Positions 10,778-22,100 of a stretch of DNA of 64,000 nucleotides are shown here, piece after piece; within the stretch, counting starts at the first letter, position 1, and each line of letters starts with the position of its first letter. A program made the translations under genes and the position numbers. The stretch comes from Macrostomum lignano (lineage: Eukaryota). The notes beneath the pieces are model-generated. The model was not told the DNA's origin, searched no databases, and saw only the letters and a program-made list of their open reading frames with translations. The stretch lies in assembly GCA_002269645.1 (NCBI GenBank), contig NIVC01000445.1, forward strand, positions 1 through 64,000. The letters are read 5' to 3'.

Positions 10778-13700
10778 ATGGGCAACACCTGCGGGAACGG
10801 CGCGGCGGCGAGGCGGAGAGTCGGCCTGATGGAGCGGCACACTTGTGAGATACTGGAGACCGAATTTGGGGCTGCTTTGACTCCACTTGTCTGATTGATG
10901 GCTGCGGATTAACTACTGTTCACGTTGAGGGTTGTGGATTATTTGGGTTGTGGATTATTTGGGTTGTGGATTATTTGGATTATGGATTATTTGGGTTGTG
11001 GATTATTTGGATTGTGGATTATTAGGGTTGTGGATTATTTGGTTGTGGATTATTTGGGTTGTGGATTATTTGGGTTGTGGATTATTTGGGTTGTGGATTA
11101 TTTGGGTTGTGGATTATTTGGGTTGTGGATTATTTGGGTTGTGGATTATTTGGGTTGTGGATTATTTGGGTTGTGGATTATTTGGGTTGTGGATTATTTG
11201 GGTTGTGGATTATTTGGGTTGTGGATTATTTGGGTTGTGGATTATTTGGGTTGTGGATTATTTGGGTTGTGGATTATTTGGGTTGTGGATTATTTGGGTT
11301 GTGGATTATTTGGGTTGTGGATTATTTGGGTTGTGGATTATTTGGGTTGTGGATTATTTGGGTTGTGGATTATTTGGGTTGTGGATTATTTGGGTTGTGG
11401 ATTATTTGGGTTGTGGATTATTTGGGTTGTGGATTATTTGGGTTGTGGATTATTTGGGTTGTGGATTATTTGGGTTGTGGATTATTTGGGTTGTGGATTA
11501 TTTGGGTTGTGGATTATTTGGGTTGTGGATTATTTGGGTTGTGGATTACTTGGGTTGTGGATTATTTGTGTTGTGGAGTAAATGGGTTGTGGAGCGTTTG
11601 GGTTGTGGACTATTTGGGTTTTGGATTATTTGACTTGTGGATTATTTGAGTTGTGGATTATTTGGGTTGTGGATTATTTGAGGCGTGGATTGAGGTTAAT
11701 TTGGAGCTTGGATTATGGATAATTTGGAGTTTGGGTTGCAGTTTATTTGGGCTTTGGGTTTGTGGATTGTTTTGTGCATTGCAAGGGAGCAACACCGAAC
11801 ATCTGAAGAGTCAGATTACAGTTACACTTTCAGTTCTAAAGCCAGCCATCTCTCTTTCTTTTCAAACAAAAATCGCAAGTGCGCCTTTTGAGTCCTCAAG
11901 CGCCCTGCCGCCCTGCCAATTGCAGTGTCAGAGGAGCAGATGGCTAAGCTGGAGGCCATGTTCAAGAAGGCGGCCAAGGGCAAACGCTATATTAGCTTCA
12001 AGGTGAGCTGTTGGCTTGTAAGAGAGACAAATAAAAATAGGCTGCAGCCTCGTGTTTGCATTCCGACATCTCAGAGCAAGGGTCTAATTTTCCTCGCTTC
12101 GAGCAAGAAAGCCAAACAAAAACTATCTCCTCTGCATGCTTACAGAAAATAGCTAAAAGTTCAAGCGCAGCAGCTCATTGATAAAAATAAAAATTCGACG
12201 TGAAACGTTCTAAGATAATTCGCGATACGGCCTACTAGTATCAAGTAGGTCAGTAGTATCATAAGGGCATGTAGCTATATTCTTAACTTCGTTTGCAGAT
12301 GTTTCAATCTCCCCTCATGCTCACCCTTCACCTCAATGCAGGAGTTTCTCGAGCTTTACCCGGAGTCCAAGCTGCAGAGGGACGAGTCGGACATGCGCTC
12401 CGTGTACTACGCCTTCGCCGACTCCAGGACCAACAGCCTCAAGTTCGACGGGTTCGTCATGCTGATGCTGCTCAGCAACAGAGTCGGCAGCCTCGACGAA
12501 TCCGAGAGAATGCATGGTAATTCGGTTGCGGGTTGTGGTTAATGGGGTTGTGGCTGATGGGGTTGTAGCTGATGGGGTTGTAGCTGATGGGGTTTGTGGT
12601 TGATAGGGTTGTAGCTGATGGGGTTGTGGCTGATGGGGGTGTTGCTGATGGGGTTGTGGCTGATGGAGTTGTGGCTGATGGGGTTGTGGCTGATGGGGGT
12701 GTTGCTGATGGGGTTGTGGCTGATGGGGGTGTTGCTGAGGGGGTTGTGGCTGATGGGGTTTGTGGTTGATGGAGTTGTGGCTGATGGGGGTGTGGCTGAT
12801 GGGGTTGTGGCTGATGGGGTTGTGGCTGATGGGGTTGTGGCTGATGGGGTTGCGGCTGATGGGGTTGTGGCTGATGGGGTTGTGGCTGATGGGGTTGTGG
12901 CTGATGGGGTTGTGGCTGATGGGGTTGTGGCTGATGGGGGTGTTGCTGATGGGGTTGTGGCTGATGGGGTTGTAGCTGATGGTGCTGTGGTTGATGGGGT
13001 TGTGGCTGATGGGGTTGTAGCTGATGGTGCTGTGGTTGATGGGATTGTAGCTGATGGGGTTGTAGCTGATGGGGGTGTTGCTGATGGGGTTGTGGCTGAT
13101 GGGGTTGTGACTGATGGGGGTGTGACTGGTGAGGTTGTGGCTGATGGGGTTGTGGTTGATGGGGTTGTGGCTGTTGGGGTTGTGGCTGATGGTGCTGTGG
13201 TTGATGGGATTGTAGCTGATGGGGTTGTAGCTGATGGGGGTGTTGCTGATGGGGTTGTGGCTGATGGGGTTGTGACTGATGGGGGTGTTGCTGATGGGGT
13301 TGTGGCTGATAGGGTTGCGGCTGATGGGGGTGTGACTGGTGAGGTTGTGGCTGATGGGGTTGTGGTTGATGGGGTTGTGGCTGTTGGGGTTGTGGCTGAT
13401 GGTGCTGTGGTTGATGGGGTTGTGGCTGTTGGGGTTGTAGCTGATGGTGCTGTGGTTGATGGGATTGTAGCTGATGGGGTTGTAGCTGATGGGGGTGTTG
13501 CTGATGGGGTTGTGGCTGATGGGGTTGTGACTGATGGGGGTGTTGCTGATGGGGTTGTGGCTGATGGGGTTGCGGCTGATGGGGGTGTGACTGGTGAGGT
13601 TGTGGCTGATGGTGCTGTGGTTGATGGGGTTGTGGCTGTTGGGGTTGCGGCTGATAGGGTTGCGGCTGATGGGGTTGTGGCTGATGGGGTTGTGGCTGAC

Positions 13701-14160
13701 GGGGTTGTGGCTGATGACGTGGTGGCTCACCCTTAGTGCTCACTCCGCGCTCCCCTCCCGCAGCCCTGTTCAGCGTGATGGATCCGGCCGGATGCAACAG
13801 CGTCCCAAAAGCCGAATTTCGTCGTTTCGTGCGCAGCTTCGTGGCGGACGAGTTGGAAGATCAAGAAGGTGAAGGCGACGAAGGGGGCGCTGCTGCGGTA
13901 GATGTGGCGGTCTCAGTGGAGGACAGCAACGGCTCTGCCAAGCGCGCCAATGGCGATGCCCTCGACGGGACGGTGAGGCTGTGTTCCTATTTCAATATTT
14001 TGAGCTCCACAACCAGCTCCACAATTATACTGTTTTGTTCAATTTCAAATTTCAGCCTGTGGCGCCGGACGCCCTGCTCGGGTTTGACGAATTCAGCGAA
14101 TTCTGCGCGAAAGAGAAGTCCGCCTACGGAGCCATCTGTGCCTACGTTTTCCCCATGTAA
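10778..14160 (+). CDS. N-myristoylated EF-hand protein, neuronal-calcium-sensor/recoverin-like fold, 210 aa, 5 exons
   Basis: join(10778..10844,11926..12002,12342..12516,13764..13972,14056..14160), all GT-AG and phase-compatible (633 nt). MGNTCG.., LSEEQMAKLEAMF..ISFKEF, AFADSRTNSLKFDGF, GSLDESERMHALFSVMD (compare NCS G.LEEKL.WAF..YD), final LGFDEF. Confidence 0.8.
10928..11720. repeat. 16-bp minisatellite in intron 1 of the EF-hand gene
   Basis: TGTGGATTATTTGGGT, ~45 copies, homogeneous centre and degenerate edges. Confidence 0.98.
12530..13725. repeat. 15-bp minisatellite in intron 3 of the EF-hand gene
   Basis: GATGGGGTTGTGGCT and variants, ~78 copies. Confidence 0.98.
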
Positions 14161-14171
14161 CCTCTTGGCTG

Positions 14172-14413
<242 letters not shown>

Positions 14414-14936
14414 AGAGTTTCAAGACTTTGACTGCTCATAAACTTCACCTAAACGATAATTGTATTAACTGATATTTGTAATACTCAAATTTACATACAG
14501 AAGTCAGATTATCAGGTAAAATATTGAAAATATAGCTGTAACTTTGTCGTCTATATTTGCGTGATTTTGTTTTTTTCGTTGTACATCAGGCGCACCTACC
14601 GCATGGCACTGATGTTGAATAATCGTATTGAATTTATCCCTTGTAAGATGGGCTGACTTTCCATTTCAATATCGCTAAAAATACAGTCGATTGCAGTCCC
14701 ATCATCCTCTCCAGCTGCAGTACAGATAATGGGAGGAGCTTGGATAAATGTTTCTCAGCATCGCAGCATCATCATTGGGAACTCAGCTTTCCAATCGGCT
14801 GCATCCAGCCGCAGCTGCAAGAAACTCGGCGCTCCCAGCTGCCGATCCGCTGTATTTGCTGACCTACGGTTTGGTAAAACAAAATAGTCAAACTCTGGCT
14901 CATTTTCCAAAGAATTTCATGCTGCTGGCGTGCTCT

Positions 14937-16966
14937 CTATCTATCCAACCATTTGCAACTCATCGATCTACTCAACAACCTCATCAATCTACTCAACAAA
15001 CTCATCGATCTACCCAACAACCTCATCGATCTACTCAACAACCACATCAATCTACTCAACAAACTCATCGATCTACTCAACAAACTCATCGATCTACTCA
15101 ACAACCTCATCAATCTACTCAACAAACTCATCGATCTACCCAACAACCTCATCAATCTACTCAACAAACTCATCGATCTACCCAACAACCTCATCAATCT
15201 ACGCAACAAACTCATCGATCTACTCAAGAAACTCATCAATCTACTTAACAACCTCATCAATCTACTCAACAAACTCATCGATCTACTCAAGAAACTCATC
15301 GATCTACTTAACAAACTCATCGATCTACTCAACAAACTCGTCGATCTACCCAACAACCTCATCAATCTACTTAACAAACTCATTGATCTACTCAACAAGC
15401 TCATCAATCTACTCAAGAATCTCATCGATCTACTCAAGAAACTCATCGATCTACTTAACAAACTCATCGATCTACTTAACAAACTCATCGATCTACTCAA
15501 GAAACTCATCGATCTACTCAAGAAACTCATCGATCTACTTAACAAGCTCATCGATCTACTTAACAAATTCATCGATCTACTCAACAAGCTCATCGATCTA
15601 CTTAACAAACTCATCAATCTACTCAAGAAACTCATCAATCTACTCAAGAAACTCATCGATCTACTCAACCGAAGTTACCTGAATTGTAGAAAGTAGGATA
15701 TTTAACTGCAACTGCCTGCAAACATTCAGTTTAGTTATTAAACCTCGTTATTGTTGAAAATGCTACATCCTCCTGCCAGCAGAGGTTCCAGGAGGCTTAT
15801 CCATAGACCAAAGCCGGAAACTGTTGCTTCAACCGCAAAAATGATCGCTCCAATCCATCAAGCCTAGTGCCCCAACTCCCCGCTATGATGAGGGGTCTGA
15901 CATGAAAATCCCGCATGGGTCGCCGAGGGCTTTTTTGACAGTTTGTTTTGAAGATCCACCAGCGGTAGACAGAGTGAGAGAGAGTGAGACAGGGATATTG
16001 TGACTGAAGGAGCAGGTTGGGCTGAAGCTCTGGTTGATTCCAACGGACGCAAATCCCCAGTGCATTCCATTCCTGTCGAGCTATCACAGAGCTCTGCTTC
16101 CTACCACACCACTGCTTCTGCGCCATGCCAGTCTTTTGTTTATTCGTTTCTCTGTGCAGCAGCAGACTTTGTTAGTTGGTCCTCGCTCGACCCCACAGCC
16201 CCCCCCCCAACCCGGGCATGGAGCCCTAGAGACAGAGAAACAGTTATTTCGAGTTTTTCATCATCTAAAATCTATATTTGCAATAATCTGCTTCAAGTCC
16301 AGATATCTAGCCTAAGGCATCCATGTCCCTCCTGACCTACACGTGCAAGAAGGATGCAAGATGGAGGATTTGCTCCCGCGTAAATATTTATCCCAATCGG
16401 GATGTCTGCAGAAGAGTGGGGGGGGGTACCAGCAGATCAGCGACTTAGGCAGTTGTTAGATTCGAATGGCATCGTGCGAAATCTTCTAGGTACTCTGAGC
16501 GCTTGTTTAGCTGCTGTTTATGAGAATAAGTGGGAGAGATTGGCGAATTAAGAAAGCTTTTTGTACACGTTAATATTGAGCAAATTGGATTGCTGATAAT
16601 AACAGCATATTGAATGGGCTGATCCAGGAGATTGTTGAGTAGATCAATGAGTTTGTTGAGTAGAACGATGAGTTTGTTGAGTAGATCAATGAGTTTGTTG
16701 GGTAGAACGATGAGTTTGTTCAGTAGATCCATGAGTTTGTTCAGTAGATCGATGAGTTTGTTCAGTAGATCCATGAGATTGTTGAGTAGATCGATGAGTT
16801 TGTTGAGTAAATCGATGAGATTGTTGAATATATTTATGAGATTGTTGAGTAGATGATGAGTTTGTTGATGAGTTTAATTGTGTAGATTGATGGGTTTTTT
16901 GGGTAGATCGATGAGTTTGTTCAGTAGATCTATGAGATCGTTGAGACGAATGATTGGACAGATTGA
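14937..16966. mobile_element. Foldback-like element (~2 kb) with inverted arms of 21-bp tandem repeats
   Basis: Left arm 14950-15668 has CTCATCGATCTACTCAACAAA units; right arm 16620-16940 has the reverse complement TTTGTTGAGTAGATCGATGAG. Outer unique ends also pair (TCTATCTATCCAACCATTTG versus revcomp TCAATCTGTCCAATCATTCG). About 950 bp of unique interior. Confidence 0.75.
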
Positions 16967-17719
16967 TAATTAAGATTCTGCTTTCCAAAAAGCTAAATTG
17001 TTGTGTTAAACTCGCACAATATGAGAGCCGCCATCAGTGCATAACTTGTAATTTAATTCTTCACAGCAAAATGCTCAATTTGTTTTCAACCTTGTTGAAG
17101 ATCCCGAATGCCCGTCAGGCTTATGAGGCTGATGACGTATTTTAAAAGCATATGACCAACCTTACGTATTAAGATCTGGAATAGTTTCAAAACTTAGAAC
17201 AGCCCTGCGAAAACCTGTGATAAAGAATCTCCCAAAATCTTCTCTGTTGAAATGAAAACAGGGATTTGAATAACAAGCAATTCCAAAGATGCCTTAGCGA
17301 ACTCCACATCTGGCCAGCTTCTGCGCCTCATCCGTCAAGCCGGAGTCTTCCATTGCGAAGAAATGCTCTCAGCTGTTGGAACTGGGCAGCAAATTGGACC
17401 AGACTAAGAATTGATTCAGTCCCAAATAATAATTATTGTAATGGCCAACACCCAAGAATGATCCAGTTCGACCACCCCAGCCCAATTATAGTTTTATCAG
17501 ATGCTGAAGCTCGCTAGCTGGTAATTAAAACTCAGTTTGGACCGGCGCTGTTTTCCGCTTTCGAAGAAGCGAGACGGCCTGCTCCGTCTCAGGTGGGTGC
17601 GAAAGCAACAATTTCATTTCTTAGTTAGCACGTGTGAAGGTTGGGAAAGGGAGCCTGTTTTGATGAGTCAAAAACGTTTGTATTGGAAAATTTAAATTCA
17701 CATTTCTGAGAATTACTTT

Positions 17720-17873
17720 GTCAGTTACTCAGTTACCCTCAAGGGCGTAAATTGCACGAGCAGAGAGCCAAGATGTAGCCCCAAATTAATGAGACTGCAC
17801 TTGGAATCGAGCCTGTGCCGCAGGTATATCAGACATCAAAGCGCCGCACTAGACCACTGGGCGACGGACCCCT
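17720..17873 (-). mobile_element. SINE family A copy (head plus body)
   Basis: Revcomp GGGGTCCGTCGCCCAGTGGTCTAGTGCGGCGC..GGCTCGATTCCAAGTGCAGTCTCATTAATTTGGG matches 6391-6540. Confidence 0.85.
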
Positions 17874-17924
17874 TGTATCTCATACACGCATTACATCATG
17901 TGAAAGGATCATGTTATCCTTTTA

Positions 17925-18250
17925 CGAATAATGGCAGATTGTTCAGTGTGTAGCTGAGGTGAATAATGGCAGATTGTTCAGTATGTAGCTGAGTTGAATA
18001 ATGGCAGATTGTTCAGTGTGTAGCGGAGGTGAATAATGGCAGATTGTTCAGTGTGTAGCGGAGGTGAATAATGGCAGATTGTTCAGTATGTAGCTGAGTG
18101 AATAATGGCAGATTGTTCAGTATGTAGCTGATGTGAATAATGGCAGATTGTTCAGTGTGTAGCTGAGTGAATAATGGCAGATTGTTCAGTATGTAGCTGA
18201 GTTGAATAATGGCAGATTGTTCAGTATGTAGCGGAGGTGAATAATGGCAG
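17925..18250. repeat. 34-35-bp minisatellite (~9 copies)
   Basis: GTGAATAATGGCAGATTGTTCAGTGTGTAGCTGAG. Confidence 0.95.
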
Positions 18251-19147
18251 AAATACGAACACGCATAAATGGCCATTGTTCAACAAAGCAACATGCTAAA
18301 CAAGTACATCGTACTTGTATTTTGTCCAGCACAAATATCATTATTTCACACTTAGTTCACGCTATTATAATGCAAATATAAGGAGGGTGGTTGGATATTT
18401 ATTGAGGGAAAGCAGTCACGTGATGAAATTTGTACATCGGGTAAATGTACATTGGGGAGCAGCTGTGGAATATGGCCAAAATTAGTTGCTCACAAGAAGA
18501 CACTCGCCAGGCCAGTTTCGCCAGGGAATCGAACCCGGGAGCCTCTGAGCCAAAAAAAGACAAAAAGGGAGCGTACAATCAGCTATCATTGTCTGAATTA
18601 TATTAGGCAGAATCTCAGTGGAACCGTCAGAAGCCTCGCCATTGGCTGCAGATTGAAATTCGGTGGGGGGAGGGGGGGGTTAGCGCGAATATTCCAGCTT
18701 CCACCAGCCAGCCTGTCGGCTATTGGGCCGGGGGCGGATCGCACGGCAACTGACTCGATGGCCAATCTGTGATTAAGTTCGACTCACAACTGCTGCCGCC
18801 TGCCGGGAGGGGTTGCCGTGCCGATTTGGTAAAATGTAAATTTCCTAGCCGGGGGATAAACAGTCGGAGCCAAACACGCGCGTGTATACAGAAGCCCGGA
18901 GACAGGCGGACAAAATCATAAATACAAACACAAATCTAAGCAACAGGCAGTGCAGCACAGGTGGGCTCACACCGCCACTTGACTTATCCAGCTGTGTTTA
19001 CTCCGGGGAGGAGCCGGCTGGTGCTGTGTTTGTCTCCGCCCGGCCGCTGCGAGCCCCGAGGGTTCTCTCTCTCTCCTTCTCTCTCTCTCTCTCGGTGTCT
19101 CGCTGTGTCTCCCCCCTCTACCAGAGGGTTTGAATTTATATTAAATA

Positions 19148-22100
19148 ATGGATTTCGCTGGCCCGGCCCTGTCAGGCCAGTCTGGCATTGCCGGCCTTCA
19201 TCAGCGGCTTCATCAGCAGCAGCCGCAGCTGCACCCAATTCCTCCGAATGGGTTCAACTTTGAGCAGCGGCGTCCGTATGCAGGTGAGATCGTTTTGCAA
19301 TACTCATAGGCATCTAACTAATCTCTCGCTTCTCGAGTCTGCTCGAGTATCTTATCTTCCAATCTCTAACTAAGCCGGTACAGGTAGCTGCGGCTTTGCT
19401 GAGGTCAAGGTCGAGCCTTCGCAGTCTGCGCCAGTTTGGGAGTCCCAGCCGCCACCGCCACCGCCACCGCCACCGCCACCGCCACTGCCGCCGCAACCCG
19501 AAGCCGCAGGTGCAGAGTCGGCGGCTTCCGAAGTTGATCAGGAACAGCCGGGCTGCGAGCTCAACAAAGAAGAAGCTGGCGACGAGCAGCATGGGAAAAA
19601 ATCTCAAGGTGAGACAGTGGGATGGGTGGGAAAGAGTAGAGAGAGTAGAGAGGGAGGGCAGAGTAGAGAGGGGGCAGAGTAGAGAGGGGCAGAGTAGAGA
19701 GGGGGGCAGAGTAGAGAGGGAGGGCAGAGTAGAGAGGGGGCAGAGTAGAGAGGGGCAGAGTAGAGAGGGAGGGCAGAGTAGAGAGGGGGCAGAGTAGAGA
19801 GGGGCAGAGTAGAGAGGGGCAGAGCAGACAGGGAGGGCAGAGTAGACAGGGAGGGCAGAGTAGACAGGGAGGGCAGAGTAGACAGGGAGGGCAGAGAAGA
19901 CAGGGAGGGCAGAGTAGAGAGGGACGGCAGAGTAGAGAGGGGCAGAGTAGACAGGGAGGGCAGAGAAGAGAGGGAGGGCAGAGTAGAGAGGGAGGGCAGA
20001 GTAGAGAGGGGGCAGAGTAGAGAGGGGGAGAGAGGGGAGAAGAGAGAACAGTCAGCAGCGCAAGGGGCTGGGGGACAAAAGTCGCAGGCGTGGGAGTCAA
20101 TTAGAAAGCACTCGAAGAGGCATGGGGGCAGTGGCGAGGGGGTGCCGTTGATGGGGCACAGCAGACTCCCCCGCACACTGCCCAAAGGCGCACCTGAGCT
20201 CGCTGCTCTTCCTGCCATAATGACTGCCAGCTTATAAATAGCATTGGCTAAATTCATGCTGGGTACTCCGGATAATGGCAGAGAAAATTCCCAAATTCCA
20301 AAAAATCTCTGTTGAGAAAAGAGTGCTAATCCTAATATGGATGATAGAGCTGGGCGAATGGCACTTGAGAATCTCATAATTAATAGGCAGACCGCTTTCC
20401 CATAATTGCCGGCGCTTCACATAATTTTATTGAAATAAGCAAATCTGCTTTTCATCTCATAACGGAGCCGGCGTCAAACTTTCTTAAATTAAAAATACTT
20501 AATTTCTGCTACTGGCTAGGGTTGGTTTATGAAACCAAACTTCAGGAATTACCGGCAGTTTGTGAACCCTCAGATCCCAGCTAAATGCAGTTTGTGAACC
20601 CTCAGATCCCAGCTAAATGCAGTTTGTGAACCCTCAGATCCCAGCTAAATGCAGTTTGTGAACCCTCAGATCCCAGCTAAATGCAGTTTGTGAACCCTCA
20701 GATCCCAGCTAAATGCAGTTTGTGAACCCCCAGATCCCAGCTAAATGCAGTTTGTGAACCCCCATACCCCAGCTAAAGGCAGTTTGTGAACCCCCAGACC
20801 CCAGCTAAAGGCAGTTTGTGAACTCTCAGATTTCAGCTAAAGGCAGTTTGTGAACCCCCATACCCCAGCTAAAGGCAGTTTGTGAACCCCCAGACCCCAG
20901 CTAAGGGCAGTTTGTGAACCCCCATACCCCAGCTAAAGGCAGTTTGTGAACCCTCAGATTTCAGCTAAAGGCAGTTTGTGAACCCCCATACCCCAGCTAA
21001 AGGCAGTTTGTGAACCCCCAGACCCCAGCTAAGGGCAGTTTGTGAACCCCCATACCCCAGCTAAAGGCAGTTTGTGAACCCCCAGACTCCAGCTAAAGGC
21101 AGTTTGTGAACCCCCAGACCCCAGCTAAAGGCAGTTTGTGAACCCCCAGACTCCAGCTAAAGGCAGTTTGTGAACCCCCAGACCCCAGCTAAATGCAGTT
21201 TGTGAACCCCCAGACCCCAGCTAAAGGCAGTTTGTGAACCCTCAGACCCCAGCTAAATGCAGTTTGTGAACCCTCAGATCCCAGCTAAATGCAGTTTGTG
21301 AACCCTCAGATCCCAGCTAAATGCAGTTTGTGAACCCACAGATCCCAGCTAAATGCAGTTTGTGAACCCTCAGATCCCAGCTAAATGCAGTTTGTGAACC
21401 CTCAGATCCCAGCTAAATGCAGTTTGTGAACCCCCATACCCCAGCTAAATGCAGTTTGTGAACCCCCATACCCCAGCTAAAGGCAGTTTGTGAAGCCTCA
21501 GATTTCAGCTAAAGGCAGTTTTTGAATCCTCAGATCTCAGCTAAAGGCAGTTTGTCAACCCCCATACCCCAGCTAAAGGCAGTTTGTGAAGCCTCAGATT
21601 TCAGCTAAAGGCAGTTTGTGAACCCTCAGATCTCAGCTAAAGGCAGTTTGTCAACCCCCATACCCCAGCTAAAGGCAGTTTGTGAAGCCTCAGATTTCAG
21701 CTAAAGGCAGTTTGTGAACCCTCAGATCTCAGCTAAAGGCAGTTTTTGAATCCTCAGATCTCAGCTAAAGGCAGTTTGTCAACCCCCATACCCCAGCTAA
21801 AGGCAGTTTGTGAAGCCTCAGATTTCAGCTAAAGGCAGTTTGTGAACCCTCAGATCTCAGCTAAAGGCAGTTTGTGAAGCCTCAGATCTCAGCTAAAGGC
21901 AGTTTGTGAACCCTCAGATCTCAGCTAAAGAATAATAATAATAATTGATTACACCTGCCCAATGGGCAGATGTGCAACCGACAGCTCAGCCGCAGCTATT
22001 GCGCGGCGCATCTGAAGGCTGCGTACGGCTGTTCAGTCCAAGGACTGGGGGGTCGCCACACACACCCTCAATTACCCCAGCTAATGCTGGTACCCATTTT

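Noticed and set aside
17230-17410. Frame ..GQLLRLIRQAGVFHCEEMLSAV as a Helitron/PIF1 helicase remnant
   Set aside because: Only a vague resemblance to the IIWDE motif, with no other helicase motifs.
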